Shown in pieces: positions 39,075 through 50,079 of a DNA stretch of 64,000 bases. Numbering within the stretch: the stretch's first letter is position 1; each line of letters opens with the position of its first letter. This DNA is from Reclinomonas americana ATCC 50394 (lineage: Eukaryota): the NCBI GenBank assembly GCA_048213135.1, contig PS015010.1:310001-374000 (forward strand), written 5' to 3'. A program made the position numbers and the translations under genes. The notes under the pieces are model-generated. The model was not told the origin of the DNA, made no database searches, and saw nothing but the letters and a program-made list of their open reading frames with translations.

Positions 39075-40154
39075 ATGCACGCATTTACAACTGTGATCAC
39101 AGGTACAGGCAGTTTTATACCGCCCTACGTTAAAACCAACAGGGACTTCACCGGGCACGACTTCTACGCAGAAGACAATAAGCGTTTGGATATCGAGCCC
39201 CAGCTTGTAGTGGACAAATTCAGGCAGATAACGGGCATCGCTGAACGCCGTTACGCGGCGGCCAATATGGAGGCGTCCGACATGGCAGCCATTGCGGCGC
39301 AACTCGCCATTGAAGATGCAGGCTGCGACCCGGAGACCATTGACCAGATCATCGTGGCGCATAATTTTGGCAATGTTCTCAAACACACCATTCAAACAGA
39401 TGTGCTGCCTGCGCTGGCTTCAAGGGTAAAGCACGCGCTCAACATCAAAAATCCTTCCTGCGTTCCTTACGATATTTTATTCGGCTGCCCCGGATGGGTG
39501 CAGGGCGTAATACAGGCCGATGCTTACTTTAAAGCCGGCATCGCCAAAAAATGCCTGGTCATTGGAACGGAAACCTTATCGCGTGTGCTGGATTTTTATG
39601 ACCGCGACAGTATGATCTTTTCCGACGGGGCAGGCGCCTGTGTACTGGAGGCGAAACCGGTAGCGGAAACCACAAGCGGCGTATTGTCGGCCGCCGTGCA
39701 ATCGCATTGCCAGGATGAGGTGGGTTACCTGCATCTCGGTAAATCCAACTATCCTGATTCCGATCCGCGTGTCCGTTACATCAAAATGAAAGGACGTAAA
39801 GTATACGAATACGCGATGAAGCATGTACCTAAAGCGATGAAGGACTGCCTCGACAAAAGCGGTGCTGACATCACTGAATTGAAGAAAGTATTCATTCATC
39901 AGGCCAATGAAAAAATGGACGAAGGCATCATCAAGGAAATGTACAAACTGTATGGTTTGCCGGTAAAGCCGGAAGCTATTATGCCTATGAGTATTCATTA
40001 CCTGGGTAACAGTTCTGTGGCTACCGTTCCCACTTTGTTCGACCTGGTAAGAAGAAATGTTATGCCTGAACACAGGCTGAATACAGGCGATGTGGTCATG
40101 TTCGCTTCCGTAGGAGCAGGCATGAACATCAATGCTGTGTGTTACCGCATCTGA
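39075..40154 (+). CDS. 3-oxoacyl-ACP synthase III-family protein (FabH-like)
   Basis: Catalytic triad FGCPG / HQAN / GNSS; FSDGAGA. Confidence 0.92.
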   Translation: MHAFTTVITGTGSFIPPYVKTNRDFTGHDFYAEDNKRLDIEPQLVVDKFRQITGIAERRYAAANMEASDMAAIAAQLAIEDAGCDPETIDQIIVAHNFGNVLKHTIQTDVLPALASRVKHALNIKNPSCVPYDILFGCPGWVQGVIQADAYFKAGIAKKCLVIGTETLSRVLDFYDRDSMIFSDGAGACVLEAKPVAETTSGVLSAAVQSHCQDEVGYLHLGKSNYPDSDPRVRYIKMKGRKVYEYAMKHVPKAMKDCLDKSGADITELKKVFIHQANEKMDEGIIKEMYKLYGLPVKPEAIMPMSIHYLGNSSVATVPTLFDLVRRNVMPEHRLNTGDVVMFASVGAGMNINAVCYRI

Positions 40155-40178
40155 TCAAAACAACATCTTAATAAAAGT

Positions 40179-40208
40179 AAAAGCCCCGACAACGACCGGG
40201 GCTTTTTT
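40179..40208. terminator. Bidirectional intrinsic terminator
   Basis: AAAAGCCCCG-loop-CGGGGCTTTTTT. Confidence 0.9.
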
Positions 40209-40224
40209 GTGTGATTCAGAAGGA

Positions 40225-41778
40225 CTAGTTGTTCCGTTGTGCGTTGCCCCTTGGCTTGGGTAATTCTTTCCTCGGAATCTTACCATCCATCTGTGCCGTG
40301 TTCCATACAAAAGAAGCGATGATGGTCGCTGCCTGTTTCAGGTCGTCGGGCACCAGGTGATCGTAGGTATCCATATTGGTGTGGTGTGTGCGGGTATCGT
40401 ATTCAATAGCATCCTGTATGAACTGGAAGCCGGGTATACCCACCGCGTCGAATGCCTGGTGATCGGTGCCGCCGGTATTATTGATGGTAACGGTTTTGGC
40501 ACCGAGGTCATTAAAAGGTGTGAGCCATTGCTGGAAGATGGGGCCTGCTTCCGCATTCTGCTGCAGGTAGATGCCGCGGATCTTTCCCGTTCCATTATCA
40601 AGGTTATAATAAGCGGACACTTTTTCATGCTCAGGTTTGAGCACCATATCTGCCGGGTCGGCGAAATGATTTTTTACATAAGCCCTTGAACCGAGCAGTC
40701 CCTGTTCCTCACCGCTCCACAAAGCAATGCGGATGGTGCGTTTGGGTTTAAGACCGAGTGACTGAATGATGCGTACGGCTTCCATCATCACCGCGCTGCC
40801 TGCGGCATTGTCGGTAGCACCGGTAGCGCCCTGCCAGCTGTCGAGGTGACCGCCCAGCATTACAATTTCGTTCTTCAAAACAGGGTCTGTGCCGGGTATT
40901 TCTGCCACAACATTATAACCTTTGATATCGGAAGGATAAAATTTTGTTTTTACATCAGCTTCCAGTTCTACTTTTTGTCCGGCCATAACCAGGCGTTGTA
41001 CCCGCAGGTAATCGTCGCTGGACAACATCACCCAGCCATAATCATTTACGGCGTCTTTTGCAGATGAACCTCCGTTCTGTACAAACAAGGTTCCATCGTT
41101 ACCACGGCCACTCATGCTGAGTACGAGGGCGGGTTTTTCATTCTTGAAAAATTCAGGAAGCATGCGTGCCAGTACGAATCCTCCGGGAGCACCGCCCATT
41201 ACTGTCCGTGGTGCCCTGGCCTCGGCAGGTTTGGCATTGGCCATTTTCTCCAGTGTACTGTCGGCATAACGCTGACCGTCGGGACTGAAAGAAGGCGTTA
41301 GTTTATCCTTTGAATAGGTCATTACGATCTTTCCCTTGATCTTGCCGGCGTAGTTCTGGTATAATTCGGCGGAGTCTTTGGCGTTGATCACGATCACTTC
41401 GCCGCTCATGATCTTTTTGCCGGGGGTGCTGCCCGTCCAGGCACGTGGTATGGCGATGAACGGTGCATAATACGGAGCCGTCATGGCTACATAGCAACGG
41501 GTTTGTTCCCACCCGGTACCAAAGTCGCCCCAGGGTTCCAGTGCAGCATTGGTAAGTCCTATACGGCTGAGCTCATCCTTAGCCCAGTTGGCAGCCCGCA
41601 GGTAACCGGGTGAATTGGTCAGTCGCGGACCTGATACATCGGTGAGGTGAAAAGCAATATCCATCACCTTAGAATTGGAAAGGCCTTCGGTTTTGATCTT
41701 GCCCGTAACATCGTCCTGCGCAAGAACCAGCTGACCTGCCAGGCAGCATACGGCCAGTATTGACAAATGTCTTCTCAT
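40225..41778 (-). CDS. M28-family metallopeptidase with PA-like insert
   Basis: GGHLDSW, ATDNAAG, GEEQGL, TDH and HHT..D motifs. Confidence 0.92.
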   Translation of the reverse strand: MRRHLSILAVCCLAGQLVLAQDDVTGKIKTEGLSNSKVMDIAFHLTDVSGPRLTNSPGYLRAANWAKDELSRIGLTNAALEPWGDFGTGWEQTRCYVAMTAPYYAPFIAIPRAWTGSTPGKKIMSGEVIVINAKDSAELYQNYAGKIKGKIVMTYSKDKLTPSFSPDGQRYADSTLEKMANAKPAEARAPRTVMGGAPGGFVLARMLPEFFKNEKPALVLSMSGRGNDGTLFVQNGGSSAKDAVNDYGWVMLSSDDYLRVQRLVMAGQKVELEADVKTKFYPSDIKGYNVVAEIPGTDPVLKNEIVMLGGHLDSWQGATGATDNAAGSAVMMEAVRIIQSLGLKPKRTIRIALWSGEEQGLLGSRAYVKNHFADPADMVLKPEHEKVSAYYNLDNGTGKIRGIYLQQNAEAGPIFQQWLTPFNDLGAKTVTINNTGGTDHQAFDAVGIPGFQFIQDAIEYDTRTHHTNMDTYDHLVPDDLKQAATIIASFVWNTAQMDGKIPRKELPKPRGNAQRNN

Positions 41779-41973
41779 GTTATGTAGTTTGTTTTAGGTT
41801 TTCAGAACAATATAGAGAAAAAACCGGTGTTGGACCATTCTTTGGGATGAACGGTTGGGGTTAATGTGATGATATGATAATTTGAAAATGTGACAATTCT
41901 TTCAGGTGAGCGGAGTATTATGATAACACACCACGTATGCAAAATGCATGATAGTTAACTGTAATAAATGAAT

Positions 41974-41998
41974 AAAAAAAGGAGCAGTACTGCTCCTT
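41974..41998 (-). terminator. gcvP terminator
   Basis: On the minus strand AAGGAGCA-GTAC-TGCTCC followed by T7. Confidence 0.85.
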
Positions 41999-42038
41999 CA
42001 TTATCGTATTGGCTGATTTTCAAATTATCATACCGGCA

Positions 42039-44930
42039 TCATGCTTCAAGATAACTTTCCATCGGTTCGCAGGTACACACCAGGTTGCGGTCGCCGAAGG
42101 TATTGTTGATCCTGCCGATACTGGGCCAGAACTTGCCATGTGTAAGATAGGCCAGCGGGAAAGCGGCGTCCTGCCGGCTGTAGGCATGGTTCCACTCATC
42201 GGCACAAACCACTTGTTGCGTATGCGGCGCATGTTTCATAGGATTGTCTGTCTTGTCTGACCGGCCTTCTTCAATCGCTTTGATCTCCTGGTGAATGCTG
42301 ATCAGCGCTTCGCAAAAACGGTCCAGTTCTGCTTTGTCCTCGCTTTCGGTAGGTTCGATCATGATGGTGCCCGGTACCGGGAAACTCAGCGTAGGAGCGT
42401 GGAATCCATAATCCATCAGGCGTTTGGCCACGTCTTCGGCTTCAATGCCGGCGCTTGTTTTGAACGGACGCAACTCAACAATGAATTCATGGGCGCAATA
42501 CCCGTTGCTGCCGGTGTATAATATTTCGTAATGTTTTTCCAGCCTTGCCTTCATATAATTCGCATTCAGGATGGCGTACTCGGTTGCTTTTTTCACACCG
42601 TCACCGCCCAGCATTTTGATGTAGGCATAACTGATGAGCAGTATACTGGCGCTGCCAAAGGGTGCGGCAGATACGGCTGTTGTTGAAGTGCTGTTCACTT
42701 TCAGCGTATCGTTCACATTGTGACCGGGCAGGAAAGGTTTCAGTTTGTTGTTCACGCAAATGGGGCCTACACCCGGACCGCCGCCGCCGTGCGGTATGGC
42801 GAAGGTTTTGTGCAGGTTAAGGTGACATACATCAGCGCCAATGGCACCGGGGCTGGTCAAGCCCACCTGCGCATTCATATTGGCACCATCCATATACACC
42901 AACCCGCCATGATCATGAACGATCTTGCAGATCTTTTTGATACTTTCTTCAAATACACCGTGGGTACTTGGGTAAGTTACCATCAGACCGGAGAGGTTGT
43001 CTTTATGTTCAATAGCTTTCTGTTTCAGGTCATCCACATCTATATGTCCTTCAGCATCGCTTTTCACGACCACTACTTTCATGCCCGCCATGATGGCGCT
43101 GGCGGGGTTAGTGCCATGCGCTGAAATAGGAATGAGCACTACGTTGCGGTGCGCTTCATTGTTGTGCTGGTGATAAGCCCTTATGGCCAGCAGTCCTGCA
43201 TACTCGCCCTGGGCGCCGCTGTTGGGTTGTAAAGAACAGGCGGTAAACCCGGTGATGGTACTCAGGTAATTTTCCAACTGGGAAATGATGTACTGGTAGC
43301 CTTTGGTTTGCGATGCGGGAGCAAAAGGATGTATGCCTCCGAATTCGGGCCAGCTTACAGGGATCAGTTCTGTTGCGGCATTCAGCTTCATGGTACAACT
43401 GCCCAGCGAGATCATGGAGGTGTTCAGGCTAAGGTCTTTGTTCTCCAGTGACTTGATATACCGCATCATTTCGCTTTCGCTGTGGTGCGTATTGAAAACA
43501 GGATGGGTGAGGTAAGGAGAGGTTCTTTTGAGTGAAGCTTGTCCTGTATAGGCATCCGTATTGTTGTTGATGCTGATCTCCACCTCTTTGCCTTCTGCTT
43601 TTTTGAAAACAGAACGGATGATGCGGATGGTTTCTTTAACGCTGTTGGATGATACTTCATCAACAGAAAGACTTACGCTGCCATCGGCCTGGTAATGGAA
43701 ATTGGCTTTCTCCGATTCCGAGGCTTTACGGAAAGCTTCAATATTATTTACTTTAAAACTGATGGTGTCGAAGTAATGACTGTTACTAACGGTAACGCCT
43801 GACTGCTGTAAACCTTTGGCGATGGCGGCAGTAAGCGCATGTACGCGGAGGGCAATGCGGCGCAGGCCTTCCGGTCCATGGTATACAGCATACATCGCGG
43901 CCATATTGGCGAGCAATGCCTGGGCGGTACAGATGTTGGAAGTAGCTTTTTCACGTTTGATGTGCTGCTCACGCGTTTGCAGGGCCATACGCAACGCCCT
44001 GTTATTCTGGGCATCGATACTTACGCCGATGATGCGGCCGGGGATACCACGTTTGAATTCGTCTTTGGTAGCGAAGAAGGCGGCATGCGGACCACCATAT
44101 CCCAGCGGAACGCCGAAGCGCTGTGCGGAACCTACGGCCACATCTGCACCCAGTTCGCCGGGTGATGTGAGGAGGGTAAGTGCCAGCAGGTCGGTGGCCA
44201 TAACGGCATAACCGTTTATGCTGTGTACTTTATCGATGAATGTTTTATACTCTTCAACAGAACCTTTGCTGTTGGGGTATTGAACGATAGCGCCGAAATA
44301 GGTTTCATCCAATGCGGCATTGCTGTAATCGCCGTACACCAGTTCAATGCCGATAGGGGCGGCCCTGGTGATGAGCACCTGTTTGGTCTGTTCAAAAATG
44401 TGCTGGTCCACGAAAAATTTAGGGGAACTGATCACTTCCGATTTGTTCTTGTGGTGGAACAACATGGCCATGGCTTCAGCAGCGGCGGTAGCTTCATCAA
44501 GCAGGCTCGCGTTGGCCAGTTCCAGGCCTGTGAGATCGCATACCATGGTCTGGTAGTTGAGCAGGCTCTCCAGCCTTCCTTGGGAAATTTCGGCCTGGTA
44601 AGGTGTGTATTGTGTATACCAGCCCGGGTTCTCAAATACATTGCGGAGGATCACACTGGGGGTGATGGTATTGTAATATCCTTGGCCGATAAAGGTTTGG
44701 AACACTTTATTCCTCGCGGCAATCTTTTTCAGTTCGGCGAGGTATTCGAATTCGGTTTGGGCCGCGGGCAGTTTCAGTGGTTTCTTTAACCGGATGCCTT
44801 CAGGCACGGTCTGGCTGATGAGTGTATCAAGAGAATCTACTCCAATGGTCGCCAGCATGGCGCTGGTTTCGGTTTCATTGGGCCCGATATGACGGCCTGC
44901 GAATTCGTGTTGTTGATCGAATGGATGCAT
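42039..44930 (-). CDS. gcvP: Glycine dehydrogenase (glycine cleavage P protein)
   Basis: [26 protein letters not shown] and HLNLHKTF motifs. Confidence 0.98.
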   Translation of the reverse strand: MHPFDQQHEFAGRHIGPNETETSAMLATIGVDSLDTLISQTVPEGIRLKKPLKLPAAQTEFEYLAELKKIAARNKVFQTFIGQGYYNTITPSVILRNVFENPGWYTQYTPYQAEISQGRLESLLNYQTMVCDLTGLELANASLLDEATAAAEAMAMLFHHKNKSEVISSPKFFVDQHIFEQTKQVLITRAAPIGIELVYGDYSNAALDETYFGAIVQYPNSKGSVEEYKTFIDKVHSINGYAVMATDLLALTLLTSPGELGADVAVGSAQRFGVPLGYGGPHAAFFATKDEFKRGIPGRIIGVSIDAQNNRALRMALQTREQHIKREKATSNICTAQALLANMAAMYAVYHGPEGLRRIALRVHALTAAIAKGLQQSGVTVSNSHYFDTISFKVNNIEAFRKASESEKANFHYQADGSVSLSVDEVSSNSVKETIRIIRSVFKKAEGKEVEISINNNTDAYTGQASLKRTSPYLTHPVFNTHHSESEMMRYIKSLENKDLSLNTSMISLGSCTMKLNAATELIPVSWPEFGGIHPFAPASQTKGYQYIISQLENYLSTITGFTACSLQPNSGAQGEYAGLLAIRAYHQHNNEAHRNVVLIPISAHGTNPASAIMAGMKVVVVKSDAEGHIDVDDLKQKAIEHKDNLSGLMVTYPSTHGVFEESIKKICKIVHDHGGLVYMDGANMNAQVGLTSPGAIGADVCHLNLHKTFAIPHGGGGPGVGPICVNNKLKPFLPGHNVNDTLKVNSTSTTAVSAAPFGSASILLISYAYIKMLGGDGVKKATEYAILNANYMKARLEKHYEILYTGSNGYCAHEFIVELRPFKTSAGIEAEDVAKRLMDYGFHAPTLSFPVPGTIMIEPTESEDKAELDRFCEALISIHQEIKAIEEGRSDKTDNPMKHAPHTQQVVCADEWNHAYSRQDAAFPLAYLTHGKFWPSIGRINNTFGDRNLVCTCEPMESYLEA

Positions 44931-45180
44931 AAGATGTAGCTGTTATTTAAAGATCATCGGCAATGTGAGAAAAAGCCGCCGCAAAGTTAAGAAGATAGGG
45001 GCAAAAAAATGGCCGGCTGTGAGAAGCTGTATTTTGCTGTGGATAAGTGGGCGGCATATAGTAGGTAAAAGTTGAATGCCTCTTTATGATTCTGAAAAGA
45101 TTGTCCCCATCTGTTAGTGAAAAACCAAGATTATTTATACAAATTTGCACGGGATTCAACATTTCCCGTATTAACTGTTT

Positions 45181-46011
45181 ATGGATACTTCTGCCTGTGC
45201 CAACTGTTCCACACCCCTGGAAACAGCTTACCAGTTTTGCCCGCATTGCGGACAAAAATCGCCCGTACACCGGTTAACCTCCGCTCATTTCCTGCACGAA
45301 GGTTTTCATGCAGTAACCCATACGGATAAAGGCATCTTCTATCTTCTTAAAAGCCTGGCCACACACCCGGGAAGGGTAGCCCGAGAATATATGGCCGGAC
45401 GCCGCAAGAAATATTTCAACCCTTTTACCTTCTTCCTCCTGGTTATGGGGTTATTCGTTTTCCTGAACACCTACTTTAATCAGGAGACCATTCACCGTAA
45501 GCCTGATCCCGCCATACTTCAGCAAATTCCTACAGAGCAAGGACGTCAGAAATACCTGGTCATGCTGGAAAGAAGCAATACCATTAACGGGTTCTTTACC
45601 AAAAACGGCAACATCGTAGCCATGTTCGCTATGCCGTTTATCGCCCTGCTGACCTGGATCTTTTACCGCAAACGGCAATACAATTACGCGGAACACCTCA
45701 CGGCGAATCTCATCTTCCTGTCGTTCATGAACCTCGTATTCACGCTTACCATATTTCCCCTGCAGTCGTTTTTCAGAAATACGGGAGTGGGTGGCCTGCT
45801 GGTGCTGGCGGGACTGTTCTGGCAACTGCTGTATATGTGGTGGGCTTTCAATGGTTTCCTGCAACTGCGCACAGCAGGGGAGCGGTTCCGGTCTTTCCTG
45901 GTCAGCCTCACCTGTCTTGCGGGATGGATGATCGTATCCATGAGTTTTATCGCTATCTATATCTACCGCAGCCCGCAGTTCTATAAATTTTTTACAAGAA
46001 TGATGGGATAG
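45181..46011 (+). CDS. DUF3667-like membrane protein with N-terminal zinc ribbon
   Basis: CANC..FCPHCGQ, PG.VAREY..GRR and EHL motifs. Confidence 0.85.
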   Translation: MDTSACANCSTPLETAYQFCPHCGQKSPVHRLTSAHFLHEGFHAVTHTDKGIFYLLKSLATHPGRVAREYMAGRRKKYFNPFTFFLLVMGLFVFLNTYFNQETIHRKPDPAILQQIPTEQGRQKYLVMLERSNTINGFFTKNGNIVAMFAMPFIALLTWIFYRKRQYNYAEHLTANLIFLSFMNLVFTLTIFPLQSFFRNTGVGGLLVLAGLFWQLLYMWWAFNGFLQLRTAGERFRSFLVSLTCLAGWMIVSMSFIAIYIYRSPQFYKFFTRMMG

Positions 46012-46026
46012 TAACTTTGCAGTACC

Positions 46027-46512
46027 ATGGCAGACGACCTTTTACATAACTGGCAAAAAAAATCGGCCGACAGGAAGAAACTGTACAAGCAATTGCTGCA
46101 CCGTGCCGACAAGAATAAAGTGCTGAAGTTGTTGCCGGACCTGGATGAGGAAGCTTATGAAAAGGTAGACTGCCTGCAATGCGCCAACTGCTGCAAAAAT
46201 TATTCACCCCGTTTTAAAACGCCGGATATTAAACGTATTGCCCGGCACCTGCGGATGAAGGAGAGTGATTTTATCGATACCTACCTGCACATCGATAATG
46301 AAGGTGACTATGTACTGCAAACCAAACCCTGCCCGTTCCTGGGAACCGATAACTACTGCAGCATATACGAAGTGCGCCCGTCAGACTGCAGCCGTTTCCC
46401 CTATACCAATGAGGATGTGATCATCAAACGCCAGTCGCTTACACTAACGAACAGCAGTTTCTGCCCCATTACTTATTATGTACTGGAGCGGTTGTTACAG
46501 GAAGTGAAATGA
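46027..46512 (+). CDS. YkgJ-family cysteine-cluster protein
   Basis: CLQCANCC, PCPFL and CSIYEVRPSDC motifs. Confidence 0.92.
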   Translation: MADDLLHNWQKKSADRKKLYKQLLHRADKNKVLKLLPDLDEEAYEKVDCLQCANCCKNYSPRFKTPDIKRIARHLRMKESDFIDTYLHIDNEGDYVLQTKPCPFLGTDNYCSIYEVRPSDCSRFPYTNEDVIIKRQSLTLTNSSFCPITYYVLERLLQEVK

Positions 46513-46518
46513 TTCATT

Positions 46519-47418
46519 TTATTTTTCAGTGATCTCCGCGTAAGCTGCGTTCAGCGGCCGTTCTATGCCATCGCCTTTCCATTCGGGGGAGCCGGGTATC
46601 TCGGTAGTTTTCAATATTTCTTCTTTGGTTTTACCGGCTTTGACAGCGCCTTCCACGTAATTGTACATATCGCTGAGGTACTTGGCAAAGGCTCGGATGT
46701 CTTCTTTCTTGATCACAACATCATACCCAGTCGCCGCATGTCCGCACACGAACTGTGTTTTATCACTGAAGGTTTCTACAGTACGATTCAGCACCGATAT
46801 CCAGCTTTTAACATGTGCGCCCGCTTTACGGTCTACATAAGGATGACGCCTGTTGAATACCAGGTCGCCCATATGAATGATGTTGGCATTTTCAAAATGA
46901 ACGATACTGTCGCCATTGGTATGCCCGGCGCCGAAATAATGCAGGGATATTTTTTCCTTGTCAATATTGGCGCTCCAGGTGTCTTTATAAATATCGGTTG
47001 GATACAATTGCTTGTCTTCTGATTTGTTCTGCACAGCCGCATTCTGCTGGTTGATCTTCGAATTTTCATGGGCCAGTACCTTAGCCACAATATCTTTAAA
47101 CGCGATATTGCCCGAGGTATGATCGCCATGGTGATGCGTATTGATGAGCATGTTGAAACCGGCGGTGGTCTTCTTGCTCAGTTCATCGATCAGGTGCGGC
47201 GCCGTATCCGGGAACTGGCTGTCGACCACCACTACACCCGACCCGGTTAGGGTGAACAATATCGTTCCGCCTTTTTCAGTGAAGATGCCCGCATTGTCGC
47301 TCAGCATACGGATGTTGTACTCCCTGCCGGACAGGAAAGCGGCAAGATTACTTTTATTGAGGAGCATAAGCCCGGCAAGGGTAAGCCCGGAATGACGGAG
47401 GAATTGTTTACGGTGCAT
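46519..47418 (-). CDS. MBL-fold metallo-hydrolase with Tat-like signal
   Basis: MHRKQFL leader; THHHGDH, GHT and GD motifs. Confidence 0.9.
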   Translation of the reverse strand: MHRKQFLRHSGLTLAGLMLLNKSNLAAFLSGREYNIRMLSDNAGIFTEKGGTILFTLTGSGVVVVDSQFPDTAPHLIDELSKKTTAGFNMLINTHHHGDHTSGNIAFKDIVAKVLAHENSKINQQNAAVQNKSEDKQLYPTDIYKDTWSANIDKEKISLHYFGAGHTNGDSIVHFENANIIHMGDLVFNRRHPYVDRKAGAHVKSWISVLNRTVETFSDKTQFVCGHAATGYDVVIKKEDIRAFAKYLSDMYNYVEGAVKAGKTKEEILKTTEIPGSPEWKGDGIERPLNAAYAEITEK

Positions 47419-47488
47419 GGGGTGGAGGTTTTTAAGAATGGTAATGTACAAAAAACCAGCCACTTTTTACTGGATGTGTCAATGGAAT

Positions 47489-47588
47489 AATGTGCGGATA
47501 TGCGAATGGTATATGAACATTGCTTTTATAGGTGGAAGTAATTATTGAGAAGCCAGACCCCATTAGCACATCTGCATATCCACACATC
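47489..47588. repeat. Inverted octamer (ATGTGCRR-like) repeat pair
   Basis: aatgtgcggatatgcgaatgg ... ccattagcacatctgcatatccacacatc. Confidence 0.7.
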
Positions 47589-47590
47589 GT

Positions 47591-48799
47591 TTAATACGCC
47601 ACCTTCTTCAACTTGGGAAACCTCAGCCATGTACCACCCACAACCATCACCGACATGATGCCTCCAAAAATGATGGCGGGAATAGTGCCCATCCACCGTG
47701 AAGTGATACCGCTTTCAAATTGGCCCAGTTCATTGGAAGAATTGATGAAGATCATATTGATGGAAGATACACGGCCACGCAGTTCATCGGGAGTGCTCAA
47801 TTGCGCAATGGTACCCCTTACCACCACGCTGATGCCATCAAAGAAACCCGCCACGGCCAGCGCCAGGAAACTGAGCCAGTATACTTCAGAAAATCCAAAG
47901 ATGATGATGCACAAACCAAATCCTGCAACGGACAACAGCATTTTCAGTCCCTGCCTGTTGCGCATGGGGAACCACAGCAGGATAAGGATACTCACCAGGC
48001 TGCCGATGTCCATGGCCGCGTTGAGGAAGCCGTAACCGATAGGCCCGGCACGTAATATTTTATCGGCCACTTCAGGTATGAAAGCAGCGGCACCGCCAAA
48101 AAGAACAGCGAAAAGATCAAGCGAGATCACACCCAACAAATTTTTATTGTTCCACACAAAACTGAATCCCAGTTTAATGGATTGGAGTGTGGGTTCTTTG
48201 CTCACATTGCTTGGTGGTTTGGGATGAAGATAATAAGCAAAACAACCACCCGCCATAATAAGCCCGGCGGCAATGAAGTAAGCGTTGGAAATACCGGCAA
48301 GCGCAATCAGCAAACCTCCGCCTGCGTGCCCCGCGATGGAGGACACCAGCCAGGTGGAAGAATTGAAAGAGATCGCTTTTTGCAGTTGCTCCCTTTTTAC
48401 AATGGCGGCGATCATACTGTTGGAAGCCGGACCGGCAAAAGAACGGATGATGCCCGTGCAGAACACAACCGATAGAATAGCAGCTATGCGAACACTGAGC
48501 GGTATATCCAGTTGCGGCAGGCTGATAGCAGCCAGTGCCAGGGCGCACAACAGGTAAAAAGCATAGGACCACACCAGGATGCCTCTTTTATCGTGCCTGT
48601 CGATATAATGACCGGAATACAAAGCGGCCAGCACAGCGGGAACAAATTCCACCAGCCCGGCAATGCCCACCATATAGGTATTGGCCAGGTGGAACATCTG
48701 GTAAATGACAATGGTGGTGATCATACGAAGGCCGAGCGTAAAGAACAGCCTGGCCAGTATGAAGTGCCAGAATTCCTTGGGTAGAAAACGTTGGTTCAT
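47591..48799 (-). CDS. MFS transporter (EntS/DHA3-like)
   Basis: SLDLFAVLFGG and TPDELRGRV..SSNELG motifs. Confidence 0.92.
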   Translation of the reverse strand: MNQRFLPKEFWHFILARLFFTLGLRMITTIVIYQMFHLANTYMVGIAGLVEFVPAVLAALYSGHYIDRHDKRGILVWSYAFYLLCALALAAISLPQLDIPLSVRIAAILSVVFCTGIIRSFAGPASNSMIAAIVKREQLQKAISFNSSTWLVSSIAGHAGGGLLIALAGISNAYFIAAGLIMAGGCFAYYLHPKPPSNVSKEPTLQSIKLGFSFVWNNKNLLGVISLDLFAVLFGGAAAFIPEVADKILRAGPIGYGFLNAAMDIGSLVSILILLWFPMRNRQGLKMLLSVAGFGLCIIIFGFSEVYWLSFLALAVAGFFDGISVVVRGTIAQLSTPDELRGRVSSINMIFINSSNELGQFESGITSRWMGTIPAIIFGGIMSVMVVGGTWLRFPKLKKVAY

Positions 48800-48808
48800 G
48801 GTTGTCGT

Positions 48809-49441
48809 TTACGGCAGCGAAATATAATGCTGCCCGTCTTCGTATTCTTTATCCAGCGCGTCTGTGATCACTTTCATATGTTCCTCGTTGGTGAGGAAAT
48901 CGGCGTTGCTGGCATCAACAAAAAGTGTTTTGATGTTGTGCTGCTTGATATATTGTGTATAGGTCTCCTGCAGGCTGAACAGGTAATCGGAAGGAATACT
49001 CTGTTCATATTCCCGGTTACGTTTTTTGATATTCTCCTGCAATTTATTGACAGGCGTATGCAGGTAGATCAGTATATCCGGCTGTACGATCTGCGGGTTG
49101 ATGATCTCGAACAATTTCTGGTAGAGACGAAACTCTTCATCCGGCAGATTCACCTTGGCAAAAAGCAGGCACTTGGTGAACAGGTAATCGGATATAGTCA
49201 CGTTCTGAAACATGTCCTTGGTCTGCAGCAGTTCTTTCAGCTGCTTATACCTTTCCGCCATAAAAAACAGTTCCAGCGGGAAAGCATACTGATCGGGATT
49301 TTGGTAAAATTTCGGCAGGAAGGGGTTGTCGGCAAATTCTTCCAGGATGAGCCTGGCATTGTAATGTTTGCTGAGCAGGTGCGACAAAGTGGTTTTGCCG
49401 GCACCTATATTTCCTTCTATAACTACGAAATTGTACTTCAT
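48809..49441 (-). CDS. Deoxynucleoside kinase
   Basis: IEGNIGAGKTT P-loop and R.REYE lid. Confidence 0.95.
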   Translation of the reverse strand: MKYNFVVIEGNIGAGKTTLSHLLSKHYNARLILEEFADNPFLPKFYQNPDQYAFPLELFFMAERYKQLKELLQTKDMFQNVTISDYLFTKCLLFAKVNLPDEEFRLYQKLFEIINPQIVQPDILIYLHTPVNKLQENIKKRNREYEQSIPSDYLFSLQETYTQYIKQHNIKTLFVDASNADFLTNEEHMKVITDALDKEYEDGQHYISLP

Positions 49442-49492
49442 GTTTGACTAACGGGCGAGGTTGCAAAATAAGGGTAAAGACCTGTTCAGTCA

Positions 49493-49972
49493 TCAAAACT
49501 TTTTCACATCCAGCGGATCGGTGCATTCCAGCAGCAGCTGGTGGATGCTTTTGCCGGATACGGGATGATGGAAACCCGGTGATAATTCGTTCAGCGGTAC
49601 CAGTACAAAACGGCGGTTCGGTACCTGCGGGTGCGGTACCTGCAGGTCGTTCTGGGAGATCACATCATGGTTATAGAAAAGTATGTCGATGTCAATCACA
49701 CGGGGTGCGTTCTTCTCTGTTCTGATCCTGCCCATTTCCTTTTCAATGTCCAGCAGAGCCTGCATAACTTCCTGCGCTGTGTGCAACGTATCGGCAATGA
49801 GTACCTGGTTCAGGAAATCCGGCTGATCGGTTTTACCCCAGGCAGCAGTCTGGTAAATGGAAGAATAGCGTAATACATTACCCACCCGCCGGTGTACCTC
49901 CTTTCTTGCCTGCTGCAACTGCTTTTCGGGATGGTTCATATTGCTTCCCAGGGAGAGATAGATCCTGTTCAT
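49493..49972 (-). CDS. folK: 2-amino-4-hydroxy-6-hydroxymethyldihydropteridine diphosphokinase
   Basis: LSLGSN, PRVIDIDIL, PHP and RRFVLVPL motifs. Confidence 0.97.
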   Translation of the reverse strand: MNRIYLSLGSNMNHPEKQLQQARKEVHRRVGNVLRYSSIYQTAAWGKTDQPDFLNQVLIADTLHTAQEVMQALLDIEKEMGRIRTEKNAPRVIDIDILFYNHDVISQNDLQVPHPQVPNRRFVLVPLNELSPGFHHPVSGKSIHQLLLECTDPLDVKKF

Positions 49973-50079
49973 AAAGGGAACTGTTTTACCATGCGCTGCA
50001 AGATAGGTTCATTATGTGTAAGCTTTAATTTCATGAAATGCTTTTTTACCAATAGTTTTACACCTCAATTCAGCCGCCC

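Noticed and set aside
44931-45180. Glycine riboswitch upstream of gcvP
   Set aside because: A TAACTTTG promoter element (minus strand, 44982-44989) implies a leader under 50 nt, and no aptamer motifs are seen.
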